19,932 nt of DNA. Source: a virus (lineage: Duplodnaviria; Heunggongvirae; Uroviricota; Caudoviricetes). Positions 1-7,957 of the stretch are shown here, piece after piece; within the stretch, counting starts at the first letter, position 1, and every line of letters begins with the position of its first letter. The position numbers and the translations under genes are program-made. The notes below the pieces were generated by a model. It made no database searches, had not been told where the DNA came from, and saw only the letters and a program-made list of their open reading frames with translations. The stretch lies in the IMG/VR virus record IMGVR_UViG_3300028591_000113, positions 110,087-130,018 of that record. One strand, written 5' to 3'.

Positions 1-2
1 AC

Positions 3-92
3 TTTGATGAAGAAGAAAAGGCTTGCTCTCATCCTCAATGTATTCGTATGGTCGGATACGAATGTAAATATTGTAATAAAAAAATTAAATAA
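3..92 (+). CDS. 3' end of an upstream gene (partial) with a Cys/His-rich C-terminus, possibly zinc-binding
   Basis: The open frame reads FDEEEKACSHPQCIRMVGYECKYCNKKIK-TAA (stop 90-92) and is followed immediately by the AGGAG RBS of the next gene. It contains CxH and CxxC pairs. Confidence 0.6.
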   Translation, partial: FDEEEKACSHPQCIRMVGYECKYCNKKIK

Positions 93-103
93 GGAGATAT
101 ATT

Positions 104-361
104 ATGCCAGAAGAAAAGAAACCTGAACAACCAGAAATTACAGGTTGGGCACAAGTTAACATTACTCCTGATATGCCATTAGGTTTAATTGTTAATTTTA
201 TGAATGTTTTAAACCAACGCTTAGTAACAGTTGAAAATATTGTTACAACTATCGGTCCAGATGGAAAAGCAATTAGTTTAACAGACCTTTATGCTATTCA
301 AGCAAAACAAGAACAAGAACGTTTAACTAAGGCGCCAGAACAACCAAAAGAAGGAGAATAA
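104..361 (+). CDS. Hypothetical protein, 85 aa
   Basis: AAGGAG RBS at about 91-96, TAA stop, 2 nt before the next ATG. No recognisable motif. Confidence 0.75.
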   Translation: MPEEKKPEQPEITGWAQVNITPDMPLGLIVNFMNVLNQRLVTVENIVTTIGPDGKAISLTDLYAIQAKQEQERLTKAPEQPKEGE

Positions 362-363
362 TA

Positions 364-2583
364 ATGAGTTTATTAGATGAAAGAACGTCTCAAAACTTTC
401 TCATCTATGCTAACAGTGTTATTAAATCTCGTGCTATTCCAAGTGTTGAAGATAACTTAAAGCCAATTCATCGTAGAATCTTATGGACATTATATGAAGA
501 TAAGGTTTATGATGATGCAAAAACAAAGAAGTGCGCTACCGAAGCAGGACGTGTTTTAGCATACTCTCCACACGGTGAAGCGTCAGTTTATAGTGCGTTA
601 GTTAGATTAGCGCAGTGGTGGAAACTTCGTTATCCACTTGTTTATATTCAAGGTAACGCTGGTAACCTATTAGGCGACAGTGCAGCTGCATCACGTTATA
701 CTGAGTGTAAATTATCACCACTTGGTATGATGATGTTGGAAGATATTAACAAAGATTGCGTTGATTTTAAACCAAACTATGATAACACTACTGAAGAACC
801 AGTAACTTTACCATCAAAGTTCCCATTTTTATTATGCGGAAATAATAGTGGTATTGCTGTTGGTATGGGTAGTGATATAGTTTCTCACAACTTTACAGAA
901 GTAAGTAAAGCTATTGAATACTATATGCTTCATAAAGATTGCACAACAGCAGACTTGATGAAATTTATTCAAGGTCCAGACTTCCCTACTGGTGGCATTA
1001 TTCTTAATGGTGAGGATTTACCAGCCATTTATGAAAGAGGCACTGGTAGTGTTAAAGTTGCGGCGCATTATGATATAACTAAAAAAGGTAAAGAAACTCT
1101 CATTATCTTCCATGATGTTCCTTATGGTGTGGAAATTGATGATGGTATCAAAAAACCTCTAAAGAAATTAGTTTTAGACGAAGGTTATGATGTGTTTAAG
1201 GATATTGTAGTTGAAAAGGCGGGTCCTAGAAACTACGACATCACTGTTACATTAGATAAAAATGCGAAAGTAGATGAATGTTTGAAGATTTTATTCAGTA
1301 AAACTAAACTTCAATCTACAATTAAAATTAACAATAACTTTATTGTTAATGGTGAACCAAGAGTTCTCAGCCTTAAAGGCATGATCGCCGCATGGGTTGA
1401 TTACAGAAGTAATTGTATCAAGAGAATTGCTCAAAACGATTATAATAAAACTAATCATAAACTCACAGTAGTTCTTGGTTTACAAAAATGTATGAGTGAT
1501 ATTGATAAACTTGTATCACTTATTCGTGAGTCGTCTAACAGAGCTGCGGCAAAAAGCGCTATTATGAAGGAATTTTCTCTTAATGACGAACAAGCCGAAG
1601 CGGTGTTAGATATGAAATTAAGTCGTTTAAGTCGCTTGGATTTAGCAGAACTAGATAAAGATGAAAGAGATTTAACTGATAAACTCGCTTTATTAAAATC
1701 TACTATTGAAGATGAAAACATGCGTTACGGCATTATCAAGAGTGATTTAGAAGAAATTAAAAAAGTTATTGGTCCTGATAATAGATTAACAGAAATTTAT
1801 TATGCACGACCAATCGAAACAATAGATAAACCTGTAATTAAAGAAGAATTTAAGATTTATCCAAATGGTTGGCGCTTAAATAACGTCGCAGGTGTTGAAG
1901 TTATTGATAGTGATTTAATAGATGTAGTTTATGCTTATGGTATTGGCGATATCTATGGATATACTGCCGATGGTACTATTTCTCCTCTTGGTCATGATAT
2001 TGACAACTTTATTGGAGCATCTGTACTTAATACAGGAAAAACTAAAATGGTAGCGGTTACTAAAAATGGCAACATCAAAGTATCATTGCTATCTGATTAT
2101 AAATTAAGCCGCAAAGGTGAAAAAGTCTTAAAGTTAAAAGAAGATGATGAGTTATTATATGCGGGTTTCTGCGATGATAATGATAATATTATCTTGTTTG
2201 ACGGTAACAATAAAATATTAAAGTTAGCAATTAAAGACTTACCTGTTGCGTCAAAATTAACAGTTGGCGTTAAATCTGGCTTTGCGCCATGTAGCGCCGC
2301 AATGGTTGTAACTGATAGTGATTTATTACTCTTAGTTACAAAAGATTTAAAAGGTAAATACACTCCAGTTAAAGACTTCTCATTAGATAGTCGAGGCAAT
2401 AAAGGTCAGACTATTGGAGATGACACTATTTGTGTCCGTCGTATCGAGAGTGCGCGTGAAAATATTTATCTTATTCCAAAACAAGGTAAACCATTTACTC
2501 TTGCAAGAAATAAACTAAGTATTAAGAGCCGTACTGCGACAGGCGCCGCACTTAGCACAAGAAACATTGTAAGGATAATCTAG
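364..2583 (+). CDS. Type IIA DNA topoisomerase subunit A (GyrA/ParC family), 739 aa
   Basis: Motifs LKPIHRRIL, YSPHGEASVY, active-site AASRYTE, GPDFPTGG, EQAEAVLDMKLSRL, plus a C-terminal beta-pinwheel-like region (VAVTKNGNIK, LLVTKDLKGK). There is no canonical GyrA box, so GyrA and ParC cannot be distinguished. Confidence 0.95.
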   Translation: MSLLDERTSQNFLIYANSVIKSRAIPSVEDNLKPIHRRILWTLYEDKVYDDAKTKKCATEAGRVLAYSPHGEASVYSALVRLAQWWKLRYPLVYIQGNAGNLLGDSAAASRYTECKLSPLGMMMLEDINKDCVDFKPNYDNTTEEPVTLPSKFPFLLCGNNSGIAVGMGSDIVSHNFTEVSKAIEYYMLHKDCTTADLMKFIQGPDFPTGGIILNGEDLPAIYERGTGSVKVAAHYDITKKGKETLIIFHDVPYGVEIDDGIKKPLKKLVLDEGYDVFKDIVVEKAGPRNYDITVTLDKNAKVDECLKILFSKTKLQSTIKINNNFIVNGEPRVLSLKGMIAAWVDYRSNCIKRIAQNDYNKTNHKLTVVLGLQKCMSDIDKLVSLIRESSNRAAAKSAIMKEFSLNDEQAEAVLDMKLSRLSRLDLAELDKDERDLTDKLALLKSTIEDENMRYGIIKSDLEEIKKVIGPDNRLTEIYYARPIETIDKPVIKEEFKIYPNGWRLNNVAGVEVIDSDLIDVVYAYGIGDIYGYTADGTISPLGHDIDNFIGASVLNTGKTKMVAVTKNGNIKVSLLSDYKLSRKGEKVLKLKEDDELLYAGFCDDNDNIILFDGNNKILKLAIKDLPVASKLTVGVKSGFAPCSAAMVVTDSDLLLLVTKDLKGKYTPVKDFSLDSRGNKGQTIGDDTICVRRIESARENIYLIPKQGKPFTLARNKLSIKSRTATGAALSTRNIVRII

Positions 2584-2597
2584 TCAGTCTAGATTAT
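2575..2597. repeat. 9-bp inverted repeat (ATAATCTAG-tcagt-CTAGATTAT) over the topoisomerase stop codon; possible terminator or operator
   Basis: Perfect arms at 2575-2583 and 2589-2597, immediately upstream of a -35 box. Confidence 0.45.
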
Positions 2598-2599
2598 TC

Positions 2600-2628
2600 T
2601 TGCTTATGTGGTGTAACTGCAGTATATT
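2600..2628 (+). promoter_or_regulatory. sigma70/sigmaA-type promoter TTGCTT-N17-TATATT
   Basis: -35 at 2600-2605, 17-nt spacer, -10 at 2623-2628, in the intergenic gap ahead of the wHTH-ssb-sak genes. Confidence 0.65.
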
Positions 2629-2688
2629 ATATATGTAATGTTAGCCACAAACATTATTTATTACTTAACATCAATAAGGAGATATTTA

Positions 2689-2955
2689 ATGGATAAAATC
2701 GTTTTAACAGACAATGCTAAAGCAGTCCTTGAATTTATGCAAGCTAATGATAGAGTGTTAGTTGGTAAAGACATGATTGAAATGACAGGTATCAAAGGTA
2801 TCTATCCAGTTCTTAATTCTTTAATTAAAAAGGAATTAGTTGAACAAGCCGAACCAGTTATGAGAGACTTTACAAATAACAAGGGCGAAACAAAACCAAA
2901 AGAATATAAAACCTACAGATTAACAGAATTAGGCAGAAATTATTACGAAGATTAA
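2689..2955 (+). CDS. Winged helix-turn-helix DNA-binding protein, 88 aa
   Basis: AAGGAG RBS at about 2676-2681 favours ATG 2689 over 2638. It has a VLNSLIKKELV recognition helix and a YRLTELG wing signature typical of wHTH folds. Confidence 0.65.
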   Translation: MDKIVLTDNAKAVLEFMQANDRVLVGKDMIEMTGIKGIYPVLNSLIKKELVEQAEPVMRDFTNNKGETKPKEYKTYRLTELGRNYYED

Positions 2956-3026
2956 TTAGTTGTTAATGTGGCAACAAATGATTAATAAAAACAAAAACAA
3001 ATAGGAGTTACAAAAAACACAAATTT

Positions 3027-3908
3027 ATGGCAGATTTTTTAAGAACAAACAACGTAAAAATCGTCGGTCATTTAATTAGTGCCGACATGAAAACTGGTGC
3101 TCGTAAAGATACAGGTGCTGGTTACATTTCCGGTAATGCGGTCGTTCAATCCGTTATCGGTGGTGAAAAGAAAGAATTTGAAATTTCTTTCTATGCAAAT
3201 GAACAAACTCAAGACAAGAAAGTCAGCAAACTTTATACATCTTATTCTAAGATGAATGAATTAGTTGGCAAGAAAGTCGAAATCACAGGCGAACTTAGAG
3301 AAAATCGTTATTACAGCAATAACGCTAAACAATTAGTTTCCGCTCAACAAATCTCAGGTCGTTTCGTTCGTGGCGTTTCTGAAGCAACAGATGATGTCGC
3401 AACATTTGAATTAGGCGGCTTCGTCGTCTCAGAACTTACAGAACGTAAGAATAAAAAAGATGAAATCTATCGTTATGACTTACAATTAGGTCAAGCTAAC
3501 TATGCTGGTAATGCAATGTCTATCTTCACAGTTAGCGCTCGTCCATCAGACATTGACATCATCAAAGGTTTACAAAGCATGTATCGCGCAGGCGACACAG
3601 TTGTTGTTAATGGTATGTTAGACTGGGTCGTTGAAGTTGTCACAAAAGAAAGTGATAACGTTGGTTTCGGTTCTGGCGCCGTCCATTCTTACACAAATAG
3701 AATGAGAAGCTTCTGGATCAGCGGTGGTTCTAAAGTCGTTGAAAAAGAAGAAGACGGTAAATACACTCAAGGTTTAATCCGTGACTTACTTAGTGCTTAT
3801 AAAGCCAAAGACGTCGAATTAATGGACAGTGCTAAGAAAAATAGTGATGGTGATAAAGAAATTGAAGAAAAACCTCCAGTCACCAGTCGTCAAACAAGCT
3901 TAATTTAA
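3027..3908 (+). CDS. ssb: Single-stranded DNA-binding protein (probable tandem OB folds), 293 aa
   Basis: N-terminal NNVKIVGHL and KKVEITGELRENRY, second OB-like unit (GDTVVVNGML), charged tail, and position next to sak and the helicase. Confidence 0.7.
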   Translation: MADFLRTNNVKIVGHLISADMKTGARKDTGAGYISGNAVVQSVIGGEKKEFEISFYANEQTQDKKVSKLYTSYSKMNELVGKKVEITGELRENRYYSNNAKQLVSAQQISGRFVRGVSEATDDVATFELGGFVVSELTERKNKKDEIYRYDLQLGQANYAGNAMSIFTVSARPSDIDIIKGLQSMYRAGDTVVVNGMLDWVVEVVTKESDNVGFGSGAVHSYTNRMRSFWISGGSKVVEKEEDGKYTQGLIRDLLSAYKAKDVELMDSAKKNSDGDKEIEEKPPVTSRQTSLI

Positions 3909-3924
3909 TAAAACTTTAATAAAT

Positions 3925-3949
3925 AAGGGCGGTGTAACAACCGCCCTTT
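3925..3949 (+). terminator. GC-rich hairpin AAGGGCGGT-gtaaca-ACCGCCCTT(T) between ssb and sak
   Basis: Perfect 9-bp stem with only a short U-tract, directly followed by the AGGAG RBS of the next gene. Confidence 0.55.
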
Positions 3950-3960
3950 AGGAGAACCCA

Positions 3961-4698
3961 ATGGAAAAAGAAAATACATTTGAAAAATTATATAACATTA
4001 ACTTAGCAGACAAAACAAAAGAAAAAATTGGTTTAAAATATTTAAGTTGGGCTTATGCTTGGGCAGAATTAAAGAAACTTTATCCTGACGCTGAAAGAAT
4101 TGTTTATAAAAGAAAAGTTACCACAAAGTCCACAAAGACTATTCCAGTCGATGGCGGTGGTACAGAAGTTATTGAAACAACATATGAAAACGAAATCCCA
4201 TACTTTACAGATGGTAAAACTTGCACAGTTAAGGTTGGTGTTAAAATTAATGGCGTTGAATATGTTGAAGAACTTCCAGTTATGAATAATAAGAATGCCT
4301 CAATCCGCGCAGAAAGTGTAACTTCAACAGACATCAATAGAGCAATTCAAAGATGTTTCGTTAAAGCATGCGCTCTTCACGGTTTAGGTTTATATATTTA
4401 TGCTGGTGAAGATTTACCTGAAGTTGATAAAGTCACTATTGACTATGAAGCATTAAAAGATGATAAGACAGAAGAAATTACTTCTGAACAATTTGAATTA
4501 ATCCGTAAGGAAGTTATTCAAAAAATTCAATCTTCTAAAGATGATTTTGATTCGACATCAAGTGAAGAACTCACAAAATATATTCTTGCATTGTTCAATG
4601 GTAAGAGAATTTCTTTATTAGAATATCCTGTTGACTCAGAAAACCTTCAAAAACTTCATCACTTCTTAATCAAACTTTATTCTCTCATTAAGAAATAA
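3961..4698 (+). CDS. Sak/Rad52-like single-strand annealing protein (DUF1071-type), 245 aa
   Basis: Motifs LKYLSWAYAW, LPVMNNKN and DINRAIQRCFVKACALHGLGLYIYAGEDLP are characteristic of this phage annealase family. Confidence 0.88.
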   Translation: MEKENTFEKLYNINLADKTKEKIGLKYLSWAYAWAELKKLYPDAERIVYKRKVTTKSTKTIPVDGGGTEVIETTYENEIPYFTDGKTCTVKVGVKINGVEYVEELPVMNNKNASIRAESVTSTDINRAIQRCFVKACALHGLGLYIYAGEDLPEVDKVTIDYEALKDDKTEEITSEQFELIRKEVIQKIQSSKDDFDSTSSEELTKYILALFNGKRISLLEYPVDSENLQKLHHFLIKLYSLIKK

Positions 4699-5102
4699 TG
4701 GCAGAATATAGCAGAAGACAGTTAGAAGAATTAATATGTGAATTAGTGGGAGTAACTCAAATTACTCCCCTAATCAATAAACATATTAGTGAACTAGCGT
4801 TGATTTATAAGATGACGTGGAAAGAAATTGCGCGTTGTCTTACTTATTATGTAGAAGTGGCGCGAGGAACATTGAGGGTTGAATATGGAATTAAAACTCC
4901 ATGTACTTCGGTAAGAGAGAAGGCAGATAAGTATTTTAAACAGTTGGAGCTTGACCAACGCAAACAACAAGGCGAAGCCGCCAAAGTTGTAGAGTATCAA
5001 GAAAATAATATTATATTCAATATCAAATCATTACAAAATAAAAAAAGACAACCAAAACAATATGACATTAACGAGATAGACGTTAATAAAGGAGACCAGT
5101 AA
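4698..5102 (+). CDS. Hypothetical helical protein, 134 aa (possible helicase loader, by position only)
   Basis: TAATG-coupled to sak and ends 1 nt before the helicase. No diagnostic motif. Confidence 0.7.
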   Translation: MAEYSRRQLEELICELVGVTQITPLINKHISELALIYKMTWKEIARCLTYYVEVARGTLRVEYGIKTPCTSVREKADKYFKQLELDQRKQQGEAAKVVEYQENNIIFNIKSLQNKKRQPKQYDINEIDVNKGDQ

Positions 5103-5103
5103 A

Positions 5104-6708
5104 ATGGCATCTGTAATTAGTAAAGATTTATTCGATACTAATGCGTCTACGTATGTATTAAGTTACTTAATGCACGATCCGTTGATTTTGCAAAATGATA
5201 GATTCACATTTTGTAAAGATGATTTTTATAAACCATTACAACAAATGGTGTTTTATGCGATATTTAATATGGCTCAACTTGGAACGGAGAAAATATCTCC
5301 GCAAGATATTGACCTATATTTAAAACAATATGACGCGCAATACGAATTTTATAAAAGAGAAAAAGGTTATGAGTTCGTAATGCAATGTTATCAGATTGCA
5401 GAGTCTGAAGACGCAAAGTTATTTGAATTTTATTACAATAGATTAAAAAAGTTCTCTTTTTTAAGAGATTTAGAGGCGATTGGTTATGATACCAAGGAGT
5501 TTTATGATACTCAAGCAAATGCCTTAAATAAAGACTTAGAAGATGAACGACTCAACAAAACATCTTTAGATGCTATTGGCAACAGAATTAGGGCGCACCT
5601 AGTTGAAATTGAAAATAGACATATCGGTAAAGATGATAGCACATCTCAAACCGCCGCAAAAGGTTTACGTCATTTAGTTGCGGAATTAAAAGAAAGTCCA
5701 GAAGTTGGTTTACCACTTGATGGAGAAATTATTAATTATGCGGCGAGAGGTGCCAGATTAGGAAAATTATATACATATAGCGCACCATCTGGTCAAGGTA
5801 AAACTAGATATATGGTTGGTAATGCTTGTGCAATTAGTTTTCCTTATATAGACAAGGATAGCGGTAAAATTATTTATCGTGGAACCTTGGAACAAGATGA
5901 TTACCAAAAAATAGTATATATTGCAACTGAACAAAAGGCCGATGAAATTCAGACCTTGATTTTAGCATACGTAAGTGGTGTTAATGAAAGAAATATTCTT
6001 CTTGGAAGTTATACGCCAGAAGAAGAAGATAGAATTAATAAAGCACTTGATATTATTGAAAAATATCAAGACAACTTTATGATTGAGTATATGTCTGACC
6101 CAAGTATCGCGCAAGTCAAGACAGTTATGGCAAGATATATTATTCAACATAATATACAATATTTATTCTATGATTACATTTTTAGTAGTCCAGGATTATT
6201 GAGTGAGTTTAGAGACGTCGAGGTTCGTGAAGACGTCGCTTTAATGATGCTTTCAAATAGTATCAAGGAAACTGCAAGTAATTATAATGTTTTTATTCAA
6301 AGCGCGACTCAATTAAATGAAAACTGGAGTAAAAAGGAAATAGGACCAAGAGACCAGAACTGTTTAAGAGGTTCTAAAGCGATCGCGGATAAAATTGATA
6401 TTGGTTTAATTGGTGTTCGTTTGGGTGAAGCAGAGATGAAACAAATTGATGCTGTTTTAAAAGAATTGCGCGCTCAAAACCCAATTAAATATAAAAGAGA
6501 CCCTAATATCGTAATTGATATTTATAAGAATAGACGTGGCGAATTAAATAGTGTTAAGGTGTTTAGATATTTTGATTATGCCACTTGTCATGCTGAAGAT
6601 TTGTTTATAACAGATTGCAGTTATAAAGCAGTTCAGGAAATTGGTCAATTAAAATATGACCAAAGACCATTTGACTACTTAGACTTAAAAACTAGAGGTA
6701 TCTTATAA
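5104..6708 (+). CDS. dnaB: Replicative DnaB-family (SF4) helicase, 534 aa
   Basis: Walker A APSGQGKT, IATEQ, Walker B LFYDYI, SATQLN, GSKAIADKID, KNRRG. Confidence 0.92.
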   Translation: MASVISKDLFDTNASTYVLSYLMHDPLILQNDRFTFCKDDFYKPLQQMVFYAIFNMAQLGTEKISPQDIDLYLKQYDAQYEFYKREKGYEFVMQCYQIAESEDAKLFEFYYNRLKKFSFLRDLEAIGYDTKEFYDTQANALNKDLEDERLNKTSLDAIGNRIRAHLVEIENRHIGKDDSTSQTAAKGLRHLVAELKESPEVGLPLDGEIINYAARGARLGKLYTYSAPSGQGKTRYMVGNACAISFPYIDKDSGKIIYRGTLEQDDYQKIVYIATEQKADEIQTLILAYVSGVNERNILLGSYTPEEEDRINKALDIIEKYQDNFMIEYMSDPSIAQVKTVMARYIIQHNIQYLFYDYIFSSPGLLSEFRDVEVREDVALMMLSNSIKETASNYNVFIQSATQLNENWSKKEIGPRDQNCLRGSKAIADKIDIGLIGVRLGEAEMKQIDAVLKELRAQNPIKYKRDPNIVIDIYKNRRGELNSVKVFRYFDYATCHAEDLFITDCSYKAVQEIGQLKYDQRPFDYLDLKTRGIL

Positions 6709-7781
6709 TGGATATAAGAGAACTTAGAGAACAATTAAGCGACGAGTCGATAAAAGAGATATTGGCGCAATTCAATGTTGAGCCAGTAGATGAAAATGAG
6801 GAAAGAATAATCTTTCCTACTTGTTGCCATAATTTAGAAGGCGGTAGTCCAAAGTTATTTTACTATAAAAACACCAAGTTATTCCATTGTTATACTGAAT
6901 GCGCGGCTTCATTCGACATCTTCACATTATTGCAAAAGATGTATGCGTTGCGCGGACAAGAGATAACATTAAAACAAGCGATTGAAATCTGTAATTTAGA
7001 TACAAGCACACTAAAGCCAGAAGATCGCGCATATAATTGTCTTGATGATATTAAATATATGCAGGAGTTAAATAACTTTTATATTCCTGATGTAGATAAT
7101 TTAGATTTTAAGAAATACGATAGAGGTATTTTGAAGAATTATCCATTCAATTATATGGGATTAATGCCTTGGATACAAGAAGGCATTGGAATTGAAGCGC
7201 TTCAACGTTTCTCAATAGGTTATGATAATTACCATCAAGCCATTATTATTCCTAACTTTGATTATAATGGAGACCTAATTGGTGTTCGTGCGCGTTTCTT
7301 TAAAGAAGAAGATGTTAAAAAAGGTAAATATAGACCTTTATATGTAAATGGCCAGTTATATAATCACCCAACTGGTCGAACATTCTATGGTATTTATGAA
7401 AACCATAAGAATATTGAAAGAAAGAAAACTGCAGTTATCTTTGAGGGTGAAAAGTCAGTATTGTTATTTGAAACAATTTATGGTGCAAAAGATAACATAT
7501 CATTAGCAACATTGGGACAAAACATTACTAAAGACCATATTCAGTATTTATTAAAGATGAAAGTTACTCATGTAATTTTGGCTTATGATACTGATTATGA
7601 AGATTACGACCAATTAAAAGAAGTTGATAAAAAATATAGAGAAAAGGCTAAAATTTTTAGTCCTTACTTCAATGTAAGTTACTTACTTGATGATGACTTT
7701 ATACTTCCGTATAAGTCTAGTCCTATTGACGGCGGCCGCGAAACATTCGAACATTTATTACAGAATAGGAGAATTGTATAA
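6708..7781 (+). CDS. dnaG: DnaG-type DNA primase, 357 aa
   Basis: N-terminal zinc-binding region (TCCH...FHCYTEC), TOPRIM VIFEGEKS and LAYDTD; TAATG-coupled to the helicase. Confidence 0.88.
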   Translation: MDIRELREQLSDESIKEILAQFNVEPVDENEERIIFPTCCHNLEGGSPKLFYYKNTKLFHCYTECAASFDIFTLLQKMYALRGQEITLKQAIEICNLDTSTLKPEDRAYNCLDDIKYMQELNNFYIPDVDNLDFKKYDRGILKNYPFNYMGLMPWIQEGIGIEALQRFSIGYDNYHQAIIIPNFDYNGDLIGVRARFFKEEDVKKGKYRPLYVNGQLYNHPTGRTFYGIYENHKNIERKKTAVIFEGEKSVLLFETIYGAKDNISLATLGQNITKDHIQYLLKMKVTHVILAYDTDYEDYDQLKEVDKKYREKAKIFSPYFNVSYLLDDDFILPYKSSPIDGGRETFEHLLQNRRIV

Positions 7782-7957
7782 TGAATAAGTTTTTAGATAT
7801 TTTAGGAAATATATTTATAGTTATTTTATGTATATTATCTCTACCATTCCTGATCGTGTTCGCGGCTATCGTGGCGGTTATTTATGCCTTATTTGTGATA
7901 GTTTGCCTCCCTTACTGGGTAGTGCGCTACCTAATCTTGGAGGATGATTATGAATAG
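7781..7957 (+). CDS. Small membrane protein, 58 aa (missing from the ORF track)
   Basis: MNKFLDILGNIFIVILCILSLPFLIVFAAIVAVIYALFVIVCLPYWVVRYLILEDDYE-TAG. It has a TAATG overlap with dnaG, overlaps the recJ start and contains about 40 continuous hydrophobic residues. Confidence 0.7.
   Translation: MNKFLDILGNIFIVILCILSLPFLIVFAAIVAVIYALFVIVCLPYWVVRYLILEDDYE

Noticed and set aside
2978-3026. Mini-ORF MINKNKNK and the long (19-nt) SD-to-ATG spacing before ssb
   Set aside because: An A-rich leader readily produces such short frames by chance, and there is no supporting evidence of function.
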